From: Chiloscyllium plagiosum | Lineage: Eukaryota | Assembly: GCF_004010195.1 (NCBI RefSeq) | Contig: NC_057719.1 | Coordinates: forward strand, 58,482,079 to 58,546,078 | Length of the DNA stretch: 64,000 bases | Direction of reading: 5' to 3' | Shown here: piece after piece, positions 24,716 through 37,047 of the stretch | How positions within the stretch are numbered: position 1 is the stretch's first letter | Layout: each line of letters begins with the position of its first letter | Notes under the pieces: generated by a model | Told to the model about the DNA's origin: nothing | The model's database searches: none | Seen by the model: only the letters and a program-made list of their open reading frames with translations | Made by a program: the position numbers and the translations under genes

Positions 24716-26640
24716 AGTACAATATGTGTTTGTGAAGAAATGTTTCATATTTTACACATAGAGCATATGACAAATGACGATGTGAATGAAATTTCAAGAG
24801 CAAAAAGAATGCTAAAATGTAACACCCAGAAAAGAGAGCGTCTGTATTTTAGTCATATGTTTCAAGCTGAATAGCTACAGAGACCTCATATAGAGTAAAG
24901 TGGAGGACAGCAGAAAGAGGTGTAGATTTCAGTATATTGAATGACTGACCACAGATCAATTGAAGTTATGGAACAGTGGATATGTAATGATAGTGCAAGA
25001 CAGAACACAGACAACCCTTGATAGCAGATCTCTTGGCAAGGGTAGCTACAAGCAGCAGTGGCTGTACATGCTAGACATTTATCTCTTGAAAAGAGTCTTC
25101 AGTGCAGACCCTGATTATTAGAAAAGTTAAAGCATGCCAGACACCAGTTCCACCAGTCTTAAAACTTTTCCTGTGCAACATTGTGGCAGAAGATTCCATG
25201 TCCTAATAATTGTTTCCCAACTATATGGTTCTCCCTCAATTTGTGTTCAGTTATTGAAGTACCATCCATTGCCATCTTAAGGTGGGCTGATGTTAATCTG
25301 GAACTGATGATAAATAAACACTTGTCGTAATGCTTCCATTGAAGCTTGTGTAATACATACCTAAACCAACTAAATAATTCCTTTGCAGAAGAAGCACGTG
25401 TTTTTCAATAATAATTTAAAAGGCAATTTGATGAATAGTTAAAGGGGAAAATTACAGGACATGGGACAAGGAAATGGGACTATGTGAATGGCTCTTTCAA
25501 AGTGCTCACATAGGCATGATGGGCTGAGTGGCTTCTTCTGCTCTGTATCTAGTTCTATGATCTTCATAATGTGTTATGCTTCAGGATGGATAACTGGCTC
25601 AGAGATATGGTTATAAACGAGTGTTGAGGAATATTGAGTTCAAAGTGTTGGAACGGGGGTAATCTGTATAACTCCCAAGTTGAACATAGTTTTAACTACT
25701 GCAGCATGGTGTGTGACAATTTTGCAAGGTTTTTGGGAAATACCTACTTATAAAAGAAGATAGGTAGTGTTGTATTCAATGCAGTGTAAGATATTATTTA
25801 TTTAAATAGTATATAAAACAATAATATTGATTTATAGTCATGATTGCCCATCGTTTTTTTGGCTAACTTGGATCAAAATACTGAAAGCAGATATTTTACA
25901 TAGATCAGAAATACAATCTCTGAGAAATGGAAATGTGAAGATAGATGCCCAACATTAACTTTATTTTATGAAGCAAATGTTGCATTTCCTTTCTTGTAAA
26001 TTAGCTTTCCTTTATTTCTGCCTTGCAGGTTCACGTTTTAGTATAGTAGTTTTACTAAGAAAGAGTACATGCTTTTATAATGAAGTAAGCATCACCAACG
26101 AGAAATATTAGTGCACAATCTTCTATTTATTGCCCTCTGCAGAAATAAAGCAAAGATTTCAGCCACAAATAGTAAAATCAGTCCTCTTCTTGTGAGAGGT
26201 AAAGCCCTACTTGCTATTTGCACATCAGGGGAAATAAATCAATAATAGCATAGCAAAATCGTAGCAAGTTAGTTACATACATCCTCTAGCTCAGAATGTG
26301 ATTGGCAGCTTGCTAAAACAAGGTCGCTTCCTTGTCATTTCAAGGATAGGAATCAATGCAGGAGGAAGAAAGATGCATTTTAAGTGATAGTGGAGTTGTG
26401 TCAGCAATGAGCTCTTGCAAATTAAGTATCACACAGTTTTGCTGTACAGTGAAGTTTGACTCACACTGCCTTAATAATGTATCTCAATTCTAATTTCAGA
26501 AGATGTCCCTGTTCTATCTTTTACTGAAGAGAATCGTTGTTGGTCATTGGGTCAGTTCAATGTTTAATGCCAGGTTTGGCTGCATAGCGTCCATTGAGAG
26601 TTAACCCAAGTTTATTTCAACATGAACCATCCTACAAAAA

Positions 26641-26818
26641 AAAGTGTGATGCTGGAAAAGCACAATATGTCAGGCACCATCTGAGCCTCATTCCTGATAA
26701 AGGGCTTTTGCCTGAAACGTTGATTCTCCTGCTGCTCAGATACTGCCTAACCTATTGTACTTTTCCAGCACCACACTTTCAACTCTGATCTCCAGCATGT
26801 GCAGTCCTCACTTTCTCT
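26641..26818. mobile_element. Penelope family A mini-element with an inverted partial terminus; mutated hammerhead at 26690-26728
   Basis: AAAGTGTGATGCTGGAAAAG is inverted relative to CTTTTCCAGCACCACACTTT. The core reads CTGATAA-AGGGC-TTTT-GCCT-GAAACGTT. Confidence 0.7.
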
Positions 26819-27689
26819 TATATGTTTGAATCAAGTTGTTTTTTAGTCTTTTAAACTCAAGCAAATTCAAGCCAGGCCTGTCCAACCTTTCTTTATAAGA
26901 CCATTCACTCATGTCAGCTATTAGTCTGAAAGACCTTGACCTAAATAAATTGCTTTTCTTAAATAAATCGACCATTACTGTACACTGTATGCCAAATGTA
27001 GTCTCACCAATGTTCTGTATGGCTGAAGCATATCCTCGTTACTTTTGTATTCCATTCCGATTGCATTGTATAGCTTTCCTAATTACTTGTTGTACCTAAA
27101 TAGTTTGTTTTGCAATTTACGCAATGGGATACCCAGATCCTTTTGTATCACAGATCTCTGTTGTGTCTTACCGTTTGCCAAATCTTTGTCCATTCACCTA
27201 ACCCGGAAACATAGAACCAGAACAGCAAGAAAGAGGCCATTCATCCCATCATGTCTATACCAGCTAAATAAAGTAGTTGCATATTCTAATCCCACTTTCC
27301 AGTACCTGGTCCATAGCCTTGCAAGTCACAGTGCTTCAGGTGCAGATCCAGATACTTTTGAAATCTGTAGAGGATATTTACCTTAACACCATACCGGGCA
27401 GAAAATATCAGACGCCACCACACACTGGGTGAAAATATTTGTTTGTTCATATCCCCTCTAGTCCTTCTACCAATAACCTAAAATCTGTGCCCTCCTTAGA
27501 CAGGATTTTAAATGAGTATTTTACCTCTATATTTATGAAGAAGAGACATGATGCAGACATTCCAATGAAAGATGAGTATGCAAAATTAGACGGAATAAAC
27601 ATTATGATAAGGGAACTACTTCTTGAAGGTGAACAAGTCACCAGGCTGGATTCACCTGCCTGAATGAATGCAACTTCAATAAGCTCAAG

Positions 27690-28130
27690 AAACTTAATAC
27701 CATTCATAACAAAACATACGTGATTGTACCTAATCCACAACTATCAACAGTCACTCCTTTGACCATCACCGTAGAGTGGCAGCAGTGTGTACCAAGATAC
27801 AATAAATCACCAAGCTTTCCTTGACAACATCTTCCAAACCTGTGACCTCTACCACCTAGAATGACAAGTGCAGCCAATATAAGGGAACACTTTTATCTGT
27901 AAGTTCTCCTTTAATCCACGCAGCATCCTGACTGGAACTATGTCACTTTCCTTTCATTGTTGCGGTCACAATCCTGGAGCTGCCTTTCCATCTGTTATGT
28001 CCCTACACCCCAGAGATTACAGCAGTTCGAGAAGGCAGATTACTGCCACCTTCCAGGACTAGTAGGAAATGGCGATAAATACTGGCCCAGACAGCAACAT
28101 CACATTCCCATGACTGAAGAGAACAAAATT
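27690..28130 (+). mobile_element. 3' fragment of the same LINE family as 13430-14680
   Basis: CTTCCAAACCTGTGACCTCTACCACCTAGAA...GGCGATAAATACTGGCC tail. Confidence 0.6.
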
Positions 28131-28858
28131 GCCACCATTGAATAACAATACAGAATTATCTCATCATCAAAATGTCAGCACAAACTTAAACAGTTAACAA
28201 GGTTTGAATTCTCAAAGTTCGAGGTTTGAAATAATAATTCCTAGAAATTGAACCAAACTGACAATAGACAATCATACATCACATATAACTACAACCGAAA
28301 TTTTTGCTAGTTCCTAGATTTGCCATTCTCCTCTTCACTGTAGAGAATAAATTGATGGCAAACCTCAGCATTCTTCATGAAAATGGAAATATTCCCTGAA
28401 AATAAAACAGTTTTACACGACAAATGACCTTCAAGGATAGGATAATGTAGGTGCAATGGCAGACATTTAATAGGTCATTTCACTCCATACAGAATACATG
28501 TATTTCAAGAAGGAAGAAAAGTTCCAAGTGCAGAACCCAACAGCAATCAAAATCGTTAAAGACAACTAGAAATCTTTTTTTAAAAAAGCATGTCATTAAC
28601 AAATATGGCTGGCAGTTCAAAAGGTGACAGTATATTAAAGCAAATCAAACTATGACAAAAATTGGTAAGGCTGAAAAAATTAAAGAGAGAAAGTTAGCTA
28701 GGAATACCAAAAGTAAGAATTTCTATAAATATTTTAAAAAGAAAAAAGCTAACAAGAGTATTGGTCCAATAGAAAGTGAGATGGGGAATTAATAAAAGAA
28801 ACTGAGGTTATGGCAGATGAATTGAACAGATATTTCATATTAGCCTTACATGTAGAGG

Positions 28859-30150
28859 TATGTCATCTCTAGAAGCTCCTCCGCCTGAGGGGTATCATGG
28901 AGTGCTAATTTCATTGGGGGCTCTTCTGTGGTGACTCTCGCTGCTGATACAGTTCTCGTCAGTAGTGCCTTACAGCAGAGCTTTAAACACCCAAGGCCCA
29001 AACAGAATACCAGCATGAGTGCAATGAGAAGAACTATCCCCGTGTGCCAAATAGGGTCCCCAAGATTAACCTATCAAACAATTTAGCCAGCTGTCTGTAA
29101 TTGTGACTCCCTGTCGAAAAGTATCTAGCTGATCTCTGATATTCTTGATGGCTTTTGTAATTTTATAGAAGGCATCAGTAACATTGGTGATACAGTTGTC
29201 ACCAATACTTTTACAAACTCCCCCTTGCAGTGCTAATTGATAATCCACCACGTAACGTGTCTGCTGTGTGCAGAATCTGAGTTCAGTCAGCTCTGTATTA
29301 ATTGCTTCCAGAGCTTTTGAGGTACTATTGCCTAAGATAATCAGGCCACATACAAGGTAATTTTGGTTTTTAGCAGTGACGATCCCTGCTGCGCCCCCAC
29401 AAAGACAGAGATCCCAAGAATCCATATCCCAGTGATGACCCCAAAGTGGTGGGGACCTGCCAGTCAGCACAGAATTCCTCACTGTTAGAGCGGGTCACTG
29501 TCCTTCTCTGAACATGTCCCCCACTGGGGCATGGTACAATAAGAGGTGCGATTGTCCCTTCTGCAAACAGGTTTGGGAGGTCTGGGGTGTCTACTGCATA
29601 AGTCCCCTTAAATAGACAGACACATCCCTTCACTGCTCAGTAACATACATTGTCCTGTCCTTCTGTCTGTCTACCCATGTCGCCACTGATCCCTTGGGTG
29701 CCCACCCCAGCTGGTTAGTATCGAATGGTACATCCATGTGGCAGAGCTGACATGGGTGCTATTTCATTTACCACATATGAATTGTCTGCCCGTGGTCACA
29801 TTCAAGCATGCCTACTCTCTGCAGGTGCAGGTAAACTGTCCCCTGGTGATTGTACAGTGCTGATAAGTGCGCTGTGTCGGACGCATGAGTCATTTTTGGG
29901 AACCAGGGCATAAACGCGACCCCATCCCTGCCCTGTGAAACAGAGTGGGTAATTACCCGGTTTTAAGTGGGCTTTCCCTTCCCTAGATGCACACACCTAC
30001 CCTGGAGTCTCCATTTGTATTTTCCTATATAGCCCTTACACAGTGTTCCTGAGGTGTCAACGGTATACAGGTTGCGAGGAGTCCACACCGAGGTAACCAC
30101 AAATAGGGATTCTACTGTTTGTGCCAATAGGTAGCAGACAGTTCAGTTAT
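28859..30150 (-). pseudogene. env: Retroviral env pseudogene (Cys-rich SU and TM)
   Basis: Basic site RRTVTR, Gly-rich fusion peptide, heptad repeat, ISD-like segment, C-X6-C and transmembrane IVLLIALMLVFCLGLGCL. Stops and frameshifts are present. Confidence 0.82.
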
Positions 30151-30357
30151 GGAGTCATAGAGTCATAAAGATGTACAGCATGGAAACAGACCCTTCGGTC
30201 CAACCCGTCCATGCCGACCAGATATCCCAACCCAATCTAGTCCCACCTGCCAGCACCTGGCCCATATCCTTCCAAACCCTTCCTATTCATATACCCATCC
30301 AAATGCCTTTTAAATGTTGCAATTGTACCAGCCTCCACCACTTCCTCTGGCATCTCA
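30150..30357 (-). mobile_element. CR1/HER1 3' tail inserted in the ERV
   Basis: (GAGTCATA)n tail and the peptide PEEVVEAGTIATFKRHLDGYM. Confidence 0.88.
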
Positions 30358-32386
30358 TGTAAACCTACCTGACAATCGTGACACTTAAACACAGTGAAAT
30401 ACATACAGGTAATATACATTTTGCAGTTAAAATAAAGTTATCAGTCGAAGTCTTTGTTTTCGTCAGGAAGTGCAGTCGTGCTTCTGTGTGGTTTGTTCTG
30501 TTGTGTTTTCGGTACTCCCTCTGGGATGACCGTTATGTCCGCCATTCCTGTCTGCACCTGGGGAATAGTCAATGACATTAGTTTGGTCACAGGAGTCTTT
30601 AAACAATTTGAGTTGGGTTCAGTGCTTCCATGTGCCTTTTCCTTTAATATCTATGCAGGCACAGGTGTCCCCTTATTACCACGTTATATGGCCCATTCCA
30701 TTTTGGCGCAAAGCCTAGTTTGTCAGCAGTGCTCACACCAGGACATGGCTTCCTGCTGCTGGGACCTCAGGGAAGATTTCAAATTCCCCTGCCTTGACCT
30801 TTTTGTCCTGTTTATCAATTACAGATTTCCGCATCCCTTTTAATTGGCTTAATTCTATCACATATTGCCAAATTTAGTCTTTTAGTGGACCCACATTGGT
30901 GCCACCTGTTATTATTGGCAATTGCGTTGCTCACCTGGTCATTAATTCATATGGTGTTAGTCCGGTTGCCTGATTCATGGTGGCTCTTAATTTCATTAGT
31001 ATGGCTGGTAGCACTTCATGTTCTGCTTGAGGTTTGCATAGCCTTAGCTAAAGTATTTTTGAGCATTCTATTCATTCTGTCTATCAACCCTGAGCTTTGG
31101 GGGTGATAAGGAATGTGAATTTTTTGTCTAATGCTGAGTAATTGGCAGACAGTCTTCATGACCTTCCCTGTATAATGCATCCCTTGGTCGGAGTCAATCT
31201 GGAGGGGTACGCCCCACCTCAGGATTACCTCCTCCGCTAATATTCTGGCTACAGTGTATGCCACCTCCTATTCTGGCCCCCAGGTTACAGGTTCCAAGTC
31301 GGGCTTGCCTCTTTTAATTAATCTCTGGATCGGTCCAGCCAATTTTGCGAACTCTGGTATAAAGCTCCGACTGTAGTTGAATAACCCATGATCTTTCTGA
31401 CTCCCCTGACAGTGGCAGGTTATGGCATCTGTTGGATTGCCTTGTTGCGGTCATTGAGCATTTCTTTGAGTCCCTGGAATATAAGGTGTCCCAGGTATAA
31501 GGTTTGTGCTTTGCCAATTTGTGGGGCTAACTTTTAACCGTGCGATTGCCAATTCCTGTAATACTAATCATAAAGCTTCCTGGTGTCCTGACTTGGATTT
31601 TTGAGGCAATTAGAATATCATCTATATATTGGAGTGCAGTATTACCCTCTGGTAAATCTATTCTCTTCAGAGTATTGCTCATCACCCTGTGAAAAATAGT
31701 GGAGCTGTTGTGGAACCCTTGTGGCAGGCAAATTCATGTGTACTGCCTGTCCCTTACTGTAAAAGCGAATTTATTCTGGGACTCAGGGTATTAATGGGAC
31801 AGACGAGAACCCAGTGGCTATGTCTAAAACAGTAAAAATCTTGTGTTTGGGGGGCCAAGCCATTTAAAATAGCGGAGGGGTCTGCTGCAATGGGGTGCAA
31901 TTTGAGGATGACCTTATTTAGTCCTGTATAATTAGTGGTGAGCCTGTAGCTCTCATCAGGCTTTACTACTGGCCACGTCATTGAATTAGTTGTACTTGCG
32001 GTTGCTTTCAGTATTCCTATTTTCACTAGTCCTTTCACTATCTCTAAAAATGCTTTTTCTGCTTTGGGTTTTATTGGATATTGACGGTGGGGCTTATGTT
32101 TCCGTCCAGGAACCCTTATTGGGTCTATGTTAACTCAACCTGTATCTAATTTTGTTTCTGCCCATTCTCCGGGGACGAAGGCGCAGATGGCTCTGAATCC
32201 CCCCTTTTCGAGGTTCCAGTCCCTACCGGTGGTTGTAGCCACTTTAATTGTTTCAAGGTGGCTTGTAAGTTTTCCAATCTCAATCTTTCGACCTGGGCCA
32301 AATCAATTTCAGGGTACCTAGTGTCACCCTGCTCCGTGCCATGTCCCACTCCATACTGATATACTAGACTCTCCCAACATTGAGGA

Positions 32387-32505
32387 GAAAGTGAGGACTG
32401 CAGATGCTGGAGATCAGAGCTGAAAATGTGTTGCTGGAAAAGCGCAGCAGGTCAGGCAGCATCCAAGGAACAGGAGAATCGACGTTTCGGGCATAAGCTC
32501 TTCTT
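32387..32505 (-). mobile_element. Penelope family A mini-element truncated within the hammerhead core
   Basis: 9-bp TSD CATTGAGGA (32378-32386 and 32506-32514). The minus strand reads TGAAGAAGAGCTTATGCCCGAAACGTCGATTC. Confidence 0.78.
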
Positions 32506-32519
32506 CATTGAGGATGGGG

Positions 32520-33795
32520 TTATTTTGGAGTTTCCAACTTCTGTAGTTGTTTAATTATCCAGCACCATTCACAACTCTGTGGCAGGTCTGCAGAATTTTG
32601 ACCTGATCCATTAGTTGTCAGATTGTTAACCCTGTTTATTGCTTGCTGCTTCCACAGTTTGACATGCAAGCAGTGATGTGTTGTAGCTTCACCAGGTTCA
32701 TATCTCATTTTTAGGTCTGTCTATTGCAACTCCTGTCATGACGCTTGTGCTTTTCATTAAATCAGGGGTGTTGCCTTGTTTGATGCTCTTGATATGGGCG
32801 GTGAGGTTACAGATTGTGGTTGAATAGAATTCTGCTGTTTCTGATGGTCCATGGTGGCTCATGAATACCCAGTCTTGCGTTGCTACATTTGTTCTAAATC
32901 TATCTCACTTAGCATAGCAGTTGTGTTACACAACATTATGGATGACATCTTCCGTTTGAAGACAGGATTTAGTCTCCACAGTACAGTGTGGTGCTCATTT
33001 ATACCGATATTGTTCTGAAGGACAAATGTGCAACAGATCAGATTAACAAGGATGAGGTGAATTAGGTTTCCCCTCCCGTTGGTTCAACATGGTGGAATCC
33101 TGATTCATCAGCTGATTGGGGCGATCGGTGGTAATCAGGAAGTTTAAGCACTTACATTTTACCTGACTTCCTGAGATTTCATATTCCAAGTTGATCTTTA
33201 GGACTCCCAGGGCAATGTCCTCTGAACTGTGTGTCGTGGTGCTACCACCCATGTTGGGTCTGGCCAACTAGTGGAACTGAACATACCCAGGGATGATGAT
33301 CATAATGTCTGGCATGTTGTTTGACAGGTATGATACTGAAAGTATGACTGTGTCTGTGGAACACCTCTCCCAATTTTGGCAGAGCTTCCTGACGAGGACT
33401 TTATGTGGTTGACAGGGTTGTGTGTTTGCTATTGTTTCTGGTGTTTAGATTGATATGAAGTAATCCATCTGGTTTGATTCTTTGTTTGGAGTTTTATTGT
33501 TGTTTTATACAACTGAGTGGGTTGTTTGGCTATTTCAAAGGACAGCTAAGAGTCACTGACATTGCTGTGCATCTTGGGGTCCGATGTAGTCCAGACCAGT
33601 AAGGATGGCAGATTTCCTTACCTAAAGGGATTTGTGATCCAGATGAATTTTTACAATAATCGACATTAGACTAGCTTTAATCCAGATTGTACTGAATTCA
33701 AATCTGCCATGGTGGGATACAAACTGTGTCCTCAGGACATTACCTTGTTCTTCTGTATTGCAAATCCAGTGGTTTTGCCACTAGGTTATTACTGT
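32520..33795 (-). mobile_element. LINE endonuclease remnant preceded by a tRNA/Deu-SINE-like head
   Basis: IALGVLKIN...FLITTDRP APE-type remnant. Region 33500-33795 resembles the SINE at 15450-15750. Confidence 0.6.
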
Positions 33796-34643
33796 CACAT
33801 AAATACTTTTTATGTTTGAATTCTTCTTATGAAGCCTATGTAGAAAATTTTCATGACATTTCAGACAATACATTGAGAGTTGAAATTCTATACATTGAGA
33901 GTTGAAATGTAATAGTATTCCATGTAAAAAGATAGGTCATTAGATTAAATGGTATCGCATAAAAATATGTCTCCATTACACTAACTGTAGGATTCGACCT
34001 GGGAGATGGAGGAGAGCTGAAGGGATATCAGACAGCGGAGACACCATATATTAGTGACAGGGCTACTTAACTTTTCTCCAGTAATTTAAATAGCCTGTTT
34101 TCTCCTTTCAATTATTCTCTATTTGAAGAGGTGTGGTGTTAAGGACTTGTTCAGGACTCATTCGTAACGTTGCTTTCTAAACTAAAAGGAAAGAGACACT
34201 CACAAGCATAATATTTGCAACTTATGGTCAAGAATTCTGGTACTAACCATATGCAGGACATTTTGGAAGTAACTAGTTTCAAAATACCATTGAAATATTC
34301 TACTTTGATTTTAGATGTGTCCAGAAATATTTTAAGATCAGTTATATAACTTACACCATGTCATACCAACATGAAATGTCTTTACATTTTAGGACTTCAT
34401 ACTAACATTTAATTTTTCAGCTTTAGCCTTCGAAAAGCACTACTTGTAATGTATGCTTCACACACACAAGATCTCAAGAGATTAAAATTATCATGCTTTA
34501 GAATAACTAGGCCCACTTTATATTCAGCTGTTATTTGCACAATTCAAGTCTTCAATCAAAAAGGACCTGAGCCCCTAAACTAAATTTGTGCATTCAAGTG
34601 AACTTTGAGCCTCACTAAATGATTTCTCTTTGATTTTTGACAG

Positions 34644-34779
34644 CAGAGCAGAAAACGGAGATAGTAATACACAAGATGACCCTTTTACCTCAGGTCAAGT
34701 TACCAAACTCTTAAATGATAACAGGAGAGTAACATTCCTATTAAAAGAGTTGAATGCTGTGGCAGAATCTAATAAAAAG
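34644..34779 (+). CDS. MIPOL1: MIPOL1 (mirror-image polydactyly 1) coding exon
   Basis: Acceptor tttttgaCAG and donor AAG|GTATGT. Encodes RAENGDSN...RRVTFLLKELNAVAESNKK, matching recalled human IAFLLKELDILRTSNKK. The 5' boundary is uncertain (several AGs). Confidence 0.85.
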
Positions 34780-35639
34780 GTATGTTCTTAAAAGTTTAGA
34801 TTGCTTAATTATACTTTGTGGCATTCATGCTTACATTTAATGCTGTACGTGTCTTGCTATTTCAAGACAATTGTCTTTGTTACGTATAAATAAGAAATTG
34901 ATAAATCTATCTTTAAATGCTATATTTTGATTTTTGCCAATCTGTCAAAGGACAAATGCTACATTTTCAGTTTTCGTTTTTGTGAAATTATTCACAGGAT
35001 GATAATCACTGCGATTTCATTGCAGCTAATGTCTGCCACTTATATAATAGTTAACAAAGATGCCTCCAGATCTTGATAAACAAAGAGGGTTTTTAATTTT
35101 GAACTTTTGAATTTTAAGTTATCTGTTCCAAACAATGCAAACATGCTTCTAAATATAGGTTTCTATATCGCAAGGACAATTTTCATGTAGCTCCACAGAT
35201 TGGACTAGGATATACCATGAATTCAAATATTTGTTTCATTTTGGACCGATATGAGCACACCTTTGAAAAAAAGTCCTACTTAGTTTGCAGAAAATTCCTT
35301 GTTTCGTATCTTTTGATTGATCTGATGTAAAATTGTAAAATTAATAATTTGTACTGCATAACTGATGGTAAAATATTTTTATTTATAGATTTCTCATTTC
35401 AGTGGATAGCTAATGAATGTTATTTAATGCTGTGGGATATCTGCATGTTTATTGAGGGTAAAAGTTGTGCACGAATAGTTGTGTTTAATTATTGATATTG
35501 TTATAGCCTTCAGAAATACTCTAATTTTTGCATGCATCCCATGAAGGCTACTAGCTTCAAATATTGTTGATCTATAATCAAAAATAGTATGCGTGGCTTG
35601 ACCTTAAATATATACAACATAATGTGTTTATACTTTTAG

Positions 35640-35745
35640 CTTCAGGATAAACTGTCAGAAAAAGAGCATGAATTGGAAATTTTAAAGCTTGACACTGAAT
35701 TACAAGAAAAAGCAGCAGAAGCCAAAATAGCTGAAAAGGCTACAG
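35640..35745 (+). CDS. MIPOL1: MIPOL1 coding exon (106 nt, phase 0 to 1), coiled coil
   Basis: Acceptor tactttTAG and donor CAG|GTACTT. Encodes LQDKLSEKEHELEILKLDTELQEKAAEAKIAEKAT, versus recalled human LQQKLAKEDKEQRKLKFKLELQEKETEAKIAEKTA. In frame with the previous exon. Confidence 0.9.
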
Positions 35746-37047
35746 GTACTTTTTTTTTGCATGCAGTTTCAGTGGTTTTGTGTTTCACTTATAAGAAACA
35801 TTGCAATTTGATGCTACTGAACATGAACTGTATTTGCCAAAGGTGTGAGGATTTCAAGTTTGTAACGTATTTAAGTGACATATGAAATGAGTAATTCCTG
35901 GAGTTCAGTGCTAGCATGCTGGACAGCTTTACTTGAATGCATACTGATATTGACATTAAATGCATTGTTAACACCATGTCAGTTTAATCACAAAAGAAGC
36001 TGTTTGTTTTGTTGAAAGGCCTTGAGTCAACATGGGAGAATAATGATTACCAGTGCCTTTACCTTCCATCCAGCAGTTCAAACATTGCTTATTGTTTTAA
36101 CTGGTTCAAAGCATCACAACATCAATTGTTTAGGTGTACACACAACTATCTACAACTCAACCCATTCTTTCAGAAGTCCCAGCCCATGTGCCAACAAATG
36201 ACCAGTTAAAGCAAGCTTTTGTAGTTCAAATGTAATTGTTTTATAACCCCACTTGATATACCAAGGAAGGCAAGATCTTATTTCATCATACGTGTTTGCC
36301 TGGCATGTCATGATAATAGTTTAGCTTTTACTAAGTGTTGGTAAAAGATAAATTGATCAGTTGCTTTTTATTTTTGGAGTGTCTCTCTACTGCTGAATCC
36401 TGCATCAAAAGCATGTGCACTTCAATATGCACAAACAATGTTGTACTCACAAATGACATGACATGTACATTCTGTGTGGTGACACAGTATCTTGACATCT
36501 CTGTTTCCATTTCTTTGGATAGGTTGACCACCAATATCCACTACAAATCCATTGACACCAACGGTTACCTTGACTATACATCCTCACACCCTGCTTCCTG
36601 TAAAGTCTCTGAACCATTCTCCTCTGACTCCATCATATCTCTTCTGATGATGTCAACTTTGAGATGGGGGCATCCAAAGTGCCTTCAACATTTCTTCCTC
36701 ACCAGGATTTCTCACCAATATGGTTGATATGGCCTTCAGCCGTGCCTGACCCATTTCTTGCACTTCGGGCCTCACCCCCTCTCTCTCCCACAACTGCAAT
36801 GCCATCCCCTGACCTCATCTAACATCCCACCTGCATACACATCCAAAGAATCATTAGCCGCCATTTCCACCACTTCCAGTGGGAAGCCACCGCCAGACAG
36901 ACATTCTCCTCTCCTTCTTGTCAGCCTTTTGCAGGGTCCATTCCCTCTGGGACATCTTAGCCCATTCCTCCTCCACTCCTCACACCCTCATGGCACATTC
37001 CATTGCAATCACAGAAGGAGTACCATCTGCCCTTTTACTTCCTTTCT

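Larger units (their letters stand above)
28859..32360 (-). mobile_element. Defective endogenous retrovirus (gag remnant, RT, IN, env), class III / snakehead-retrovirus-like, no LTRs visible
   Basis: RT motifs: QYPIKPKAE, WPVVKPDESYRL, LDIATGF, LPQGFHNSSTIFH and QYIDD. IN motifs: GVPLQIDSDQG, PYHPQSSGLIDRMNRMLK and KWNGPY. Env TM: LRFCTQQTRYVVDYQLALQGGVCKSIGDNC plus a hydrophobic anchor. Confidence 0.88.

Noticed and set aside
33991..34053. Possible 63-nt cassette exon (ctaactgTAG ... TTA|GTGACA)
   Set aside because: The frame is compatible, but the donor is weak, the pyrimidine tract is poor and no homology was recognised.
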